Positions 25,298-38,779 of a stretch of DNA of 64,000 nucleotides are shown piece by piece. The stretch is taken from assembly GCA_053919585.1 (NCBI GenBank), contig CM132790.1; one strand, 5' to 3'. The notes under the pieces are model-generated. The model did no database searches. It was not told the DNA's origin and saw only the letters and a program-made list of their open reading frames with translations. Position numbers and translations under genes: made by a program. Source of the stretch: Euprymna scolopes. Taxonomy: Eukaryota. The first letter of the stretch is position 1. Every line of letters starts with the position of its first letter.

Positions 25298-27190
25298 GTG
25301 TTTAAAAAAATACAGACGTGGGCATTAAGTATGGCTGGCTATGATTGCACCATACAGTACCTGAAAGGAAAGGATAACGTCTGTGCGGATCTCTTATCCC
25401 GTGCGGTAAATGCGAGTCGGGATGAAGACGATCCACCAGTAGAGATAGATGATAGAAATTTTACGGTGGGTGCGATAAACTCGAATCGTTTTGAACCAAG
25501 AGAGTTTGCATCGCATAAGGATGACGAAGACTCACCGGTAGTAAGCGAGCGTCCTACACTATCAGGTTTGGATATGTGTAAAGAACAAGACGCCGATAGT
25601 CAGATCGTCGAATTAAAGAAACGGTTCAGGAGCGGTAAAACGTCCAAGATGGAAGAAAAAAAGTACATCATAATGGACGATATCGTATATTATTTATCGC
25701 AACCCGACGACGATTCTGTAATTAGATTATATATTCCGTTACATTTAAGGATGAAGGTATTGAATCAATACCATGATGAGAATGGTCATATGGGCGTGGA
25801 AAAAACGTTCCACTCCATTAAACAGAAGTATTTCTGGCCTGGTTTGTTCAAGAAGGTAAACGAACACATAGGGAAGTGCGTCCCATGCCAGACCAGAAAT
25901 TTGAGGAAGCAACAACCTCAAATGCAGGAGACCGACATGCTTTCTTTTCCTTTTGCTAAGATTGCATTGGATATTTCCGGACCCTATCCGAGGACTTTGT
26001 CAGGCAATCAATACATAGTCACGTTCATCGACATGTATAGTGGTTGGCCTGAGGCTTTCGCTGTGCCTAATAAAAAGGCAGAGACAGTGGTGCATCTTTT
26101 AATTGAGGAAATATTTCCCAGATTTGGTGCACCATTGCAGTTACTTACGGATAACGGACCGGAGAACGTCAATGGGATCATGAAAAGGGCATTAGAAGAG
26201 CTTAATGTTGATCACGTGACCACCTCATTTTACCACCCGCAAAGTAACGGGAAAATAAAAAGATTCCATAGGACGATGCATGATGTACTAGCAAAGAAAA
26301 TAGGGGACAATGACCGTTCGTGGGACATGTACTTGAGTCAGATGCTGGCTGCTGTAAGGTTTCATGTCAGCGAAACAACGAAGTACTCCCCCTATTACTT
26401 GCTCTATAATAGAGACGTTGTCTTGCCGTTAGACAACATACTGAGTCCGCGTAGAATTTACTACGGAGAAGAGGATCACGAGATCGCTCTGCAGGACATG
26501 CATCGGACCTTTACATTAGTCAGGAATAATGTAAAGAGAGCTAGGAAAAAAATGATAGATAGGGCCAACGAGAAAACAAAAGCAGTCGATTTTCAAGTTG
26601 GTGATTTAGTTTATTATAAAAATAATAGGAAAAAGGGAAAGCTAGACGTAAGATGGTCTCCATATTATGTAATAATAGAGAAGACGAGACCAGTCTCGTA
26701 TAGAATTAGAAGCCAACTGACGGGGGCAGTAACAAAAGTCCATGGGGAACACCTTCGGAAAGCAGAACTGGAGGAATGGGATATCCCCAACAAGCAAGAG
26801 GGCTGTAGAAAAACTACCCTGTCAGAATCGGTAGAGGATAGTAGTTCAGATCAAGAATCCTCTAGTGGGGAGGAAGAAAATTATCCCCAACAGAGCAATC
26901 GCCATCAACGAGAATCCCCAAGTCAGGAAAACAGGGTCCCGTTGATGGAACGGAAAATAATCACACGCAGCATGACGGCTGAAAGGGCTAAAGAAGTTGA
27001 TGAAATATCGAAGGAAGATATATATAACTTAGTGCCCAGGTCGTGCGGAGTTGATTATGATAGTAGGGATCAGCCAACCGTAGCTAGGGCTAGCACGGGG
27101 GTTGGGAACTCAGGTTATAATCGAACTGCGGGTCGGGAGCGCGGAACAGGATGTTTGGACTGGGTAAGAAAGTTACTCTGTCGATGTTAG
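25298..27190 (+). pseudogene. Gypsy pol fragment: end of RNase H plus integrase (H2C2 zinc finger, DDE core with E->K, C-terminal GPY/F-like region)
   Basis: Motifs: IQYLKGKDNVCADLLSR; YHDENGHMG...CVPC; ALDISGP; LLTDNG; HPQSNGKIKRFH (consensus ...ERF); RWSPYYV. Confidence 0.92.
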
Positions 27191-28959
27191 GCAAAATCCT
27201 TATCATAGGGAGTTCGGAGTTGCCACCAACATTTAGAATCCTGGCGTTCTGGTCGAAATTTTTGTACTATATCTGCCCACATTTTAAACAAGTAATTAAC
27301 ATGTTAGAGTATTTAGTTAATTAGTCATATTAATTAAAGAGCCGAGGTAGTGGAGAATATTGGACAAATCGACCACTTCGGTAAAATTGGTAAATTTGCA
27401 GCGTATATTTTGCTGTTAAGTGCGGCCGATGCACTTATACCGAAGAAGACCTTATGCTTTTCGTGTTGCTGTTTATTTTTATTTTTTTTTAAGTTAAACG
27501 AAAAAAAACAGAAAAAGGGATGAAAAAAAAAAGAAAAGAAAGGGAGGGATGTTATGTAGCGTTTGGCTAGGGCCAACCGATACATAAAGATTAAAATAAA
27601 ATCCCTTTTTAATAACTTGATAGGTGGACTTCGAATGTTGATAGTCCACTAGCATGAATTAAAGAAAAAGAATTCTCAGTGTAAATAGAAAAAGTCGGAC
27701 GATCGTAATTGTTGACAAAACGAAAAAGCAGGTTACAGGAATTCGCATATTTTGCACGGCATTCTACGGAAAAGCAATGAATGGAATTTCCTGATGACAG
27801 GTGAATTTTCGGCACGTGCAGAAGTAATCGTCCGACTTTTTAAATAAAACAAAAACGTGCTAAGGACTCACGTGGAAGCCGAGACCTAAATATTCTGTTG
27901 GTTATATGTAAATTAGCTCTAGGACACGTGACGTCAGAAAGTTGAGCTGAATGCCATATAAGGAACAGACGCGCGACAGATAACAGAGCTAGCAGAGAGA
28001 AGAGAAACAAAGGACAGAACGTTGCTGAAGACCGGATCGTTGAAACGTCATTTCCCTCCTCAGATCACTGTGAGAACACTGTTACTATCGCGGTGAACTT
28101 CAAAACCACCAAAAGAAAAAAAAGACGAACTGTTTAAATTGTAAATGTGTATAATATTGTAAAATATAATTTTATACAAAAACAAACGCAATTGTGACTT
28201 ACGTCTTTTATGCATATTGTTAAGTTACGGCTGATCGTTCTAAGTTGTCAACCGATTTGTTTTCAGGTTCAACGTTGTTATGACATTTTTGACAATTGAC
28301 GAGAGGCAAGATAAGGAAAAAGTGCCCGTCTAAGGTGAGATAACTCACTAGTCTTAACTCGTTGTCATGACAACCGCTTAGTAAACAGGTGAAACCACGG
28401 ACGATCGACGTAATTAAAACTGCTATGTGCCACGACCAGGGGGTCCTACAAACTACTACGATTCCCAACCTGGGGGCCACACCACAATACAACACACTTA
28501 CACTTCCCTTTTAAATATATAGATATTTTTATAGTAGATATATTTATCAGTAGATTATATAGCATACATTAGATTTGCAGAAACTTTATAACCATTTAAA
28601 AACATTCTTATTTACAATACTTTTACACGTTTTGTATTACTAGCAAAATATTTTGCTGCCTTAAGCCTCGACTCAATTTATATAATTCTAACATTTATAT
28701 ATGGACGTAATCGACAAAATGTCAATAAGATTATGAGACATTTTTCTGCTTATTGCATCGTATGCCTCACGCCCATATCTAATACAGACAGTGTGTAAAT
28801 AATCTAACACGTCATGAGAGTGTTAGTATTATATAAACTAACGAACATATGCTACACAGTCTCCCCAAAGAAGAAGTAATGCCTTAGAGTCCAGGTTCTC
28901 AACCGGAGGTAAATTTACCACTAGGGGGTATGTGTGTGTGTGTGTGTGTGTGTGTGAGT

Positions 28960-29232
28960 ACTAATCCTATTCGGGTTTAACCGACTTCCTCCGAAGGAGG
29001 AAGTTTCATGGGAATATGAAATTCACAAGCGATCCCCAGCCGCATGTATATCTCTGTCAGGGGAGATGACGACGTTAGGTTTTTGCAACTCTTGCGGGGA
29101 GGTGTCGACGTCCTCCTACATACAGCGCCTGGAATTCCCAAATTGGTCACCCATTTTAGTAATGACCAGGCTCAACGTTGCTTAACTTCGGTGATCTGAC
29201 GGGAGCCAGTGTGTCAACGTGATTATGCTGTA
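28960..29232 (-). mobile_element. 5S rRNA-derived SINE-like element (SINE3 type) or 5S pseudogene
   Basis: Minus strand 29232-29121 reads ...ctcccgtcagatcaccgaagttaagcaacgttgagcctggtcattactaaaatgggtgacc..., a recognisable 5S internal control region. It is followed by a non-5S body ending near (GT)n. Confidence 0.75.
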
Positions 29233-29990
29233 TAAAAAAATGATATAGTCGGCGATAAATAAATGAAGTACCTAATAATTTAAAAATAATTATTTTCATA
29301 TTGTATCATGTCTAATAAACGTACATACATACATTCATATGTCCAATATGGCGTTGACGTCGATATTGTGTTGGATATAAAACTATTTTTTTTTTTATAA
29401 AACTTAGACGATCATTTCTCTTTTGCCTTCCTGTTACCTGAAGTCTGGGTGATAAACAGCACACCCAAATCTCTAGTACTCTCCACCTTTCGATAATCTT
29501 TGCAAACGAATTTGCGTTATCGCAACAGCCGCTTGCTATTGACTTCTTGCTGGCAGCGATCATAGTTCTTCATTGGAATTTGGGTGGAAACAGGTCTTCC
29601 CAAGGTCCCATTCATCTTCGCACTTTGGAAGTCTGGTTAGTGCTTTCTCTCCTCTGTATTTCCATTTTCCTTGACATTTCATAACTATTTGTTGCGGCAT
29701 CAGTCAATGCCGAAACTACATGTTTTAGGGGGGAATGAGGGGTCGTAACTTACAATTTTGTGGTTTCAGTTTTCTGGGTTCCATGTATTTCCCTGTATTT
29801 TGGTTTACTTTAATTGTAGTTTCCACATGGTTGCTTTGCATTTGTAGCTCATTCAAAATTAAGATTAAAGCTGTTTTTAGCAATACCGTCTGCTATATAG
29901 TCTCAGTTTTCCCTTGATTTCAATTTCTCCTATCTTTGGGCTGTTCCTAGTAATTTTCTAATTATTGGTATTATATTAATTTTCTTTCTT

Positions 29991-30049
<59 letters not shown>

Positions 30050-30764
30050 CATTATTATTATTATTTTGGAGTACTTATAGTTTTCGTTGATTATAGTCGA
30101 TAGTGTTGTCTGGATTTTGAGTGCAATTAGATATTCTAGTACTCTCCGTTCCACTTCATTATTATTCTTACTTAGCATTATCACGTTACTACGAATTAAT
30201 TACTGATAACAGGCGATGGTTTTCTCCGGAATCTGAGTGACTCTAAGTCTCCTAAACATTTTATTACTTCCAGTCATGGTTTGAGTGGCTTACCTTTTTC
30301 AATTTTTCTATCCTCTCAAACCTTTCACCGATTACTATTAATTTTTTAATGGAAATCATTCCACACAAAAAAATGAAGCCACTTGATGAAAATAACTAAA
30401 AAAAAAATTACTTCAAGGTCAAGCACTAGCCAACAGTAAGTTTTAGATGGATAGGTTCCGACTCAGAAAACATAAATTCTTCTTTTACAGAAATATCGCT
30501 CATTGAATGTGAGAACTAAAGGACAAAATTAAGGAAAGCAAGAGTTAGGAGTCTGCTGAAAATATACCCTAGCTTCACTTTCTATTCTCATCATTATTAT
30601 TTCCCATTCACTAGTTCTCACACGAGTGATCGCGTACCGGCAAAAACAAAACAAACAAAAAAAAAACAGGTGTCTTTTCCTCAAGTTCAAGTGACAACAA
30701 GTATCCTTAGATTTCCAGTACTGTGTGTCATGAGTAAGTTGTTTGAATCCATATAAACTATTGA

Positions 30765-32110
30765 AGTAGTCAACCACCTCAGCAGAAATAACCTTCTTAG
30801 TGACACGCAATATGGTTTCCGTTCTAGATCTACAGCAGATGTCCTAACGGTTATATCTCATAGGATTAGCGAATCTCTCGACAAAGGGTTCCTTTCTAGG
30901 GCAATTTCTCTTGAAATATCAAAGGCCTTCGATAAGATATGGCATAAAGGCCTACTTCACAAGATTTTCAGCTACGGTATAACTAGAAATGTTTTCTCAA
31001 TCATTAAATCATTTCTCTCTGATAGGCTTATAAGAGTAGTGGTTGATGGGCAGAAATCAGAGGCCCACAGTATTAATGCTGGAGTCCCCCAGGGGTCCAT
31101 CCTGGGCCCAACTCTCTTCCTGATCTACATTAATGAACTCCCAAAACACATACTTAAATCATTCGTTGACATCTATGCTGCTGACACGACCATCTACGGC
31201 AGCACATCAAAGGCCGTAAATGACAATGTTCTTTCTGATTCTCTCTCTTCTGATCTTGAGCGCGTGGTACAGTGGAGGAAGATGTGGCTGGTTACCTTTA
31301 ATGCATCTAAGACCAAACTCCTATCTTTACATCATCAACGCTCTGATCCCCATCTGGCATCAACTGAAATGTCTAGGGGAGGCCCCATGTTTTGACAAGC
31401 TTCTGGGTTTGCCCTTTACTCCTGATCTGAAATGGAACACGTACATCAAGTCTGTTCCCAAGGTCGCTGAGAAAATGGTGGGATCCTTCTACCGCTCTAG
31501 AAGATATTTCACTAATGATGCAATTTTCTATCTATATAGCCAAGTACGTCCAAGGATGGAGTACTGCTGCCACATCTGGGCAGGAGCTGCTAAAAACAGC
31601 CTATCCTACCTTGACAGAGTACAAAATAAAATTCGGGCTTAGTGGGGAATGCCCTTTTCTCTTCCCTGCAACCTCTCTCCCACAGAAGAGACGTTGCGAG
31701 CCTATCTTTGTTTTATCGTTATTTCCATGGAAAGTGCTCGTCTGAGCTTTAATCTCTGTTCCCACCTCGCTAATCTTTCACGAAAAACACCTGTCTAGCT
31801 GAAACCACTGTCAATAATTTTTCCCACTCTTTATCTGTGCCTAAATCAAAACGTAGATTCCATGAACAAAGCTTCTTTCTTAGAAATGCACGCCTGTGGA
31901 ACTCTCTTCCGTCTGCCTGCTTCCCACCTTACTTCAACTTGTATGTCTTCAAGTCCAACATAAACAAATTCCTGATGAACCGCCCCTTAACTTTATCAAA
32001 TCTCCAATACTAACGAATAACACAACACTTGATTGATTACTGTACACACAATAACCTTTATCCCCAAGTGGCTTTTAGGCCTTGATAAGTGGTGACCTCC
32101 ATGTAAAAAA
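30765..32110 (+). mobile_element. 5'-truncated, frameshifted non-LTR retrotransposon (RT 3' half plus 3' UTR; CR1/L2/Jockey-group-like)
   Basis: Motifs QYGFRS, SKAFDKIWHKGL, AGVPQGSILGPTLFLIYIN, YAAD (degenerate YADD) and RPRMEYCCHIW. The 3' UTR ends gataagtggtgacctccatgt followed by an A-tail. Confidence 0.9.
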
Positions 32111-32619
32111 AAGAAGAAAATTCCACTCAGTAAAATTTTCAAATTCTTGAATGGATTTGGTTGAATGCTAGAGAACATAATCTTATAACTTACCGGCCAT
32201 TTTGCTTTTATGCAGTTTAGTCGATTGTAGTGGTCTTGGCAGGGATGAAGGAGTTTGTTTGTCTTTGAGACCTTTTGATTTTGCCGAAGATACGTCTTTG
32301 TTGGTATCCTTTTTATCACTGTCTAGACGTTGGCGAGCACGAATTTCCATTCTTTCAGCCGTCGCTTGAGGTATATGATCTACAATAGCATAAAAAAGAT
32401 ATCAGCTTAATCGATAGAATCTGATATTCTTCCATTTTACACGAAAACTACAGTGCTTGAAAAGTACATAATTATGCCACAAACACAGACTATTACGCAA
32501 CCTATTTCATCTTTAATGTTTGTAACAAAATGGAGAAACATAGTAATCGATGTGTACAGCTTAAATTCATAATGTGGAAATTTATATAGAAAACAATCTC
32601 TCTCTCTCTCTCTTTATAT

Positions 32620-32848
32620 ATATATAGATAGATATATAAGTGAAAGTGTCTGTCTGTCCGTCTGTGTGTCTGTTTGTGTACATTTCCCTACGCAATAACA
32701 CTGTCAATTTTTAGTCTACAGACTCGAAATTTTATATACAGTGTACTGAGATTTGGGGTCATAATAGGGGTCAAATTTTAAAAAATTGACCTTTTTTTTG
32801 CTCAGCATACACCTCCAACCACCCGGGCAACGCCGGACACCCATGCTA

Positions 32849-32905
<57 letters not shown>

Positions 32906-34280
32906 TGAACTTGTGTGTATATGTGTGTGTCTATCTGTCTGTGCGCCTGTGTACATTTCCCTACGCAATAACTTTGTCAATTTTTAGTCTACAGACTCGA
33001 AATTTGATATACAGGGTACTGAGATTTGGGAAAATCTATGTGATCGGTTTTCGGCCAGAAAGTTGGCTGTTAAGAGGTAAAAGTTTAAGGATTTGACTTT
33101 TGAAAACTCTACCAAACTCCTCCGACAATTTTGGGTCTACATACTTGAAATTTTAAATATAGGTTCCGTGGACATAGATCTAACTTAATAACTTAATTTG
33201 AGCCCAAAGCAATAAATTTTAAGGGGTCTTAATAGGGGTCAAAGTTAAAAAAATTGACCTTTTTTTTGCTCAGCATACACCTCNNNNNNNNNNNNNNNNN
33301 NNNNNNNNNNNNNNNNNNNNNNNNNNNNNNNNNNNNNNNNNNNNNNNNNNNNNNNNNNNNNNNNNNNNNNNNNNNNNNNNNNNNNNNNNNNNNNNNNNNN
33401 NNNNNNNNNNNNNNNNNNNNNNNNNNNNNNNNNNNNNNNAATAACTTTGTCAACTTTTAGTCTACAGACTCGAAATTTGATATACAGGTTAGTGATATTT
33501 GGGGAAAACTTTGTAATCAGTTTTCGCCCAGAAATTTGGTTGTTAAGGGGTCAAAGTTCAACGATTTGACCTTTGAGAATTGTACCAAACTCCTCCGACA
33601 ATTTTGGGTCTAAACACTTGAAATTTTAGATATAGGATCCTTGGACATGGATCTAACTTAATAACTGATTTGAGCCCAAAATAATAAATGTTAAGGGGTC
33701 AAAGTTAAAAAAAAATTTGACCGCTTCGGTCTCTACCAAATTACACAAACAATTTCTGGTCTAAACATTTGAAATTTTACATAAAGGTTATTCAGAGATA
33801 GGGCAAGCTATATAATCGGTTTTGGTCGAAAATTTGAGCTACCAATATATAAATGTATGTATGTATGTTTTCATGTCTGCCGAAAACTTTCGACAGAGGC
33901 GACGGATTTTACAAAATCAGTATCGTTTTGAAACATTGGCTAAAAACATTCATATCTTCACCTTCAACTGGACACTTTTCTACAGGGGGAGGGCGCTTTT
34001 TTCGCCGATATTTTTGAAAGTCATCCTCTCCTTCCGATTGTCTAGCCTAAATTAAAACCTACGTCACCTCCGGTTAGGCGTTGGTCGTAACAGCAAAGAA
34101 AATATATAAAAGTGAACGTGTGTGTGTGTGTGTGTCTGTGTACATTTCCTTACGCAAGAACTCTGTCAATTTTTAATCTACAGACTCGAAATTTGATATA
34201 CAGGGTACTGAGATTTGGGAAAATCTATGTGATCGGTTTTTGGCCAGAAATTTAGCGATTAAGGGGTCAAAGTTCAGCAA
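32620..34280 (+). mobile_element. Cluster of about 4 partial copies of a non-autonomous Helitron/Helentron (DINE-1/HINE-like) element, interrupted by a gap
   Basis: The block gtacatttccctacgcaataac...ttttagtctacagactcgaaattt recurs at about 32680, 32950, 33440 and 34140. There is a (GTCT)/(GT) microsatellite near the 5' end and a 3' hairpin ccgggcaacgccgg followed by CTAGT at about 32823-32850. Confidence 0.7.
33284..33439. other. Assembly gap (N run). Others lie at about 47297-47439, 49972-50104, 53063-53221, 53762-53914, 57052-57201 and 57905-58057
   Basis: Runs of n. Confidence 0.99.
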
Positions 34281-34282
34281 TC

Positions 34283-36855
34283 ATCCATGTAGAAGGTTCT
34301 ATTTATATCAGGAGTAAGTTTCCTTTACTATGTTGTTGATTTTTTTAATATTAAATAGGGTTGTTGATAATATACTACCCTGTGGCACACCTTCCTGTTT
34401 ATTTATATCGCTTAGAGTAGACCTTATGCGTACCTTGAAGGTTCTGTTCGTTAAAAATTTTTGAATAAATTCTGGAAGTCTACCTTTAAGTCCAAAGTCG
34501 AATAGATCTTTCATAATTCCGAATTTCCAGGTAGTATCGTAAGCTTTTTCTAGATTGAAAAAGACAGTTGTGGCGTGTTCCCCTCTTATGAAGGCTTCTC
34601 TGACATAGCATTCTAAGTTGACCAAATGGTCAAGACGTCCACGATTTTTTTGATAACTACACTGTGCATTGGTTATTAGTTTGTTTATTTCTAAATACCA
34701 AATTAGGCGATGATTTACCATTCGCTCTAATGTTTTGCACATACAACTTGTTAGTGAAATTGGTCGATAATTTCCAGGATCTGAAGAATCTTTTCCTGGT
34801 TTTGGTATTGGAATAATCGTTGTATGTTTTCAAGATTCTGGGAACTTCTTTTTTATCCAGATGTCGTAGATTTTTAGTAAAAGTTCCAATGAAGTTTTTG
34901 GAAGTATTTAAAAAAAAAAAATAGTAGACCTCATCTGGTCCTACGGCTGTGTTGTATGATTTGTCTATGGAATTTTCCAATTCTCTTATTGAAAAAGGTT
35001 TATTATATTTTTCAAAGTTTTTGGAATTGAAGTTTAGCTTGTACTCTTCAATATTTTCTTTGATAGTTTGGAATTCTTTGTTATAGTTTTTTGAAGTAGA
35101 GTTCTCTGAAAATGTTTTTGCTAATTTGTTCGCTATAGCCTTCGTTTCTGTTATTTTGGTATTTTCAGTAAAAAGATGTTTAATTGGTATCGGGTTATGT
35201 TTTCCAGAAATTTTTTAACCATTTCTCAAACTGTCTTTGGTTTAGTGGAAACATTGATCTTGCTGGCATATTCTTGCCAGCATTCTTTTTTGGCTTTCTT
35301 TATTATTCTACGTGATTTTGCTCTATGCAATTTGTATTCAATTAAGTTGCTTGTTGTTGGTTCTTTATTAAATTTTCTTAATGCTGCTTTTCGTAGATTT
35401 ATTGATTCTTTACATTCTTTGTTAAAACATGGTCTATTCTTTTTTTTTTTTCCTGAAGTAGTGTTTTTGGGAATGCACTCTTCTCCTATTAATATTAATG
35501 TTTGTGTAAATGTTTCGATTGTATCGATGTTGTTTTCTGTCAATTGTTCTGAGCAGAGATTCTTGAATTTTTCCCAGTTGGCTTTGTTAAGCTTCCATCT
35601 TGGTGGATGTTCAAATATTTTTTCATGGCTTCTGAGAATGATTGGGTACTGATCATTACCACAGGCATCATTGAATACGCTCCAAGAAAATTCCAGATAA
35701 GTGGAAGGGTCACATATAGTTAAATCAAGCGAACTAAGCGATCCATTTGTTGGATTGATGTGAGTGGCTTCTTTTTGGTTGAACAAGCATAGATTATTTT
35801 TATTTATTAGATTTTCAATTTTCTTTCCCTCTTTATCCATTTCCTTGCATCCCCATAAGGTGTTGTGACAATTTACGCCCCCCTAGGAAAATAAAGGGTT
35901 TAGGTATTTGCTCTATTAAGTTCTCCAATTCATTTTCATGTATTTGTTCATGTGGAGGTGTGCATAAAGAACAAATGCTTATCGGTTTGTGTAAATTTGT
36001 TTTTAATTCAATTTGGCTCTGGGTAATGTTATTTTTAATGAATACTGATACACCACCAGAGGCTCTAAGTCCTGTATTATGAATGTAGTTATATTGTTGA
36101 TAATGTTTTATATTCAAATTGTCCTCTTCATTAAGGAAGGTTTCTTGGAGACAAATACCCAAAGAATTCAATTTAGTTTGCAACAATAAAATTTCATTGT
36201 AATTTGCTTTCAATCCACGTAATTTTTGTGGTCTTTCTTTTGATCGACTTGTATATTTTAAAATTCATTGTTTATGCTCCCCACCCTCCTCGGAGTCCAA
36301 TATTGGGGCATGTTAAGGGGGAAATCCATTCGCCTTGTCATGCCAGGGATACATAAAACAATATACATATCTCAAATGGGAGCTATGCGCACCTATATTC
36401 CTTAGGTTACACAATCCAAGTAATTTGTAGTAACTTCCGGCACGATACAGCCATGCCATGACTTTATTCATTTGGCACATTTGACCCTAGCCACTGCCTT
36501 CTAACACATGGAAAAAAGGGGAAAATATGTACATAGTTTACGGTGGTACAGGGTAGAAATGTATTTGTTACAGTTTGGAGGAAATTGATAGAAAAGTAGA
36601 TGTGTTAGGGCTTGACGTAACTGGCCGATTGATCGGATTGGGCCCCTCCGACCGCCCGTCTAGCCTTGTACGAGACTAAAGTGAAGTATTGCAACTGATA
36701 CCTTTAATTTTCCTAGATATCACTTGCTCAGCCACCAGGTTCCTTTTCCTAGGCATTACGGGTCGCCACCCACAGCCAACAGGTGGCCCCATCCAGAGGC
36801 TTTTACTCTCTGCAGGAGGATAGTCGGTGTATTCTAATGCCCCACCGACGGGGTT
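34283..36855 (-). mobile_element. Decayed LINE (I/Nimb-like group): 5' UTR, APE endonuclease and RT N-terminal half; frameshifted and 3'-truncated
   Basis: APE motifs GICLQETFL and SSLDLTIC. RT motifs CKTLERMVNHRL, LEKAYDTTW and EGVPQGSILS. These fall in ORFs 35833-36213, 35226-35840, 34657-34980 and 34308-34742. Confidence 0.88.
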
Positions 36856-37128
36856 GGAAAGCAGGGAAGAAAAAAGAAAAGAGAGAGGAAGGGGAAGGGG
36901 GATATTGTTATTGTTTTTGTTTTTGCAGAACATAATTAAGTTTAAAAAAGAGAATAGAAAACAAAAACAGAAAGTCGATGTAGGTGCATTTCGTCTCAGG
37001 AAGTCAATAGACAGCCTGATCTGGTAGCACCAGTGGGGTTGGAGATTGCGCACACCTGCCACAAAATTTCACGCGAAGGCACATCTTCGTGGGTATCCAT
37101 AGTCTGTCGAAGGCTGAAGGAGCCTATC

Positions 37129-37195
<67 letters not shown>

Positions 37196-37200
<5 letters not shown>

Positions 37201-37363
37201 AGTTATGAAAATATACATGACAATTAAGCCACACAGAATATTCCGCGTTTCATCCTCGTGAAAATTTGTCAGGCCTATGCATAAGCCTGACGAATTCTCA
37301 CGAGGATGAAACGCGGAATAGTCGATGAAGCTTAATTGCCATATATATTTTCATAACTTACTA
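37196..37363. repeat. About 168-bp imperfect palindrome containing a hammerhead-ribozyme-like core (Penelope pLTR-like)
   Basis: Arms tagtaagttatgaaaatata...tgtcaggc and gcctgacga...tattttcataacttacta. The right arm has CTGACGA (37287-37293), a stem-loop, GAAAC (37308-37312) and GTC (37321-37323). Confidence 0.75.
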
Positions 37364-38779
37364 CCTAGTTCTACCTATGTATTGAGCACTGTTGAAGTAA
37401 ATACTGAAAATTAACGTATAAAATTGTACCTTCGTATATCAATTTATGATTAAATGAAGTATATAGTTCATGTGTAGCACGAATAAATGTTGTTTTTATT
37501 TTGGACAACGTTCGTCCTACGGCGCATAGTTTAATAAACGCACCTCGACTTTAATATGATTTGAGACACAACATGTCTTATAGTTAGATAAATTAAACCT
37601 GGGACAATTTTGATGACGTGAAATGCTTCCATGATTGCGGAATGAGGAACAAGTAGGTGATTTTATGAGATATTATAATCACTAGATGGGCAAGGAGTGC
37701 AATATAATAATATTAATGATGTAACAAAAGACCAAATAAAGAAAAACGATGTTGACAACACTGGTGGTTCGTGATTAATATGTTCATCAACAAATGTTAG
37801 ACGGACACAAACAGTTCACAAATATCGTTTCTAACAAACGCGTACGTGTGCATATGTGCGTTGTCACGAGTGAGTGATCAAGAAATAATCCACAAAACAA
37901 AATATTTTTACATACGTGCGTGGTCGCCAGTCTTTTATTTTTTGATCGTTGTATTTCCATGTGTGGGCTGTGATTGTTGATCTTCTGTTATAGCTCATGC
38001 GTGGAACACAATGTATACTTGTTGGCTTGGACAGGTTTTATTTAGAGAATAGTTGTTCATGGGAAGAGAGACCGTTCTAAATCTGATTACTTGTTAACTT
38101 GCTTTTCTAACTTAGTCTTAAGATGATCGACGCATGGGCAGAGTCTGTAGGAAATATTCATTTGAGATTCTCTATACGTTTTCAGACGTATATCGCCTCT
38201 GTTGCTTCCCGATTCCGACTACTAGAAAAATCTGTTCTCTCCCTCGAACACCTGCTGTTATCTCTATGTCATATCATTCTACACCTATATTTTTAGCGCG
38301 GTTTGTCTAGAGAGCTAAGCTTTGAACTCCCCCCTCAATCACACTAACTGAAATTGGGTCTATTTCCGTTTGCCGCTGACAGATACTATGTAACCGTTAC
38401 GAAATTCATGCTCATTAATATAATCTCTACTTACTGGCTTAGGTTACTAATATATTACTTACATGGTAATGAGCGAGAGAATATGCTATCTGCATCTCTA
38501 TTTCTATGTATATGAATAACGCACCTGTATATAAATTAAAACAAAAACTATACTTATTTGTAATAAAAATGTCTTCCTTTATTTTAAACATGCACAACAA
38601 AGATTCATTGGAAGATTTTTTCAAAGAGAAACAATCAAAATGAGGGAAACGTATAATCACTAACCCAACACACACTTTCCGTTCATTACACGAACTTTTT
38701 CACATATGAGTAACAACTGACACTAATGATTATACATAATAACCTGCTCGCATCTAGTGAATTTTTATTACTCTTTTTT

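Larger units (their letters stand above)
24600..28214 (+). mobile_element. Internally deleted Ty3/Gypsy LTR retrotransposon (pol 3' part only); outer boundaries approximate
   Basis: A PBS-like tggtgccg lies at about 25225, followed by the integrase ORF. A polypurine tract (aaaagaaaagaaagggaggga) is followed by TG at about 27550, then an LTR-like segment with a TATA-like tataag at about 27957. Confidence 0.75.

Noticed and set aside
29121-29232. Functional 5S rRNA gene
   Set aside because: It is diverged, dispersed, and continues into non-5S sequence.
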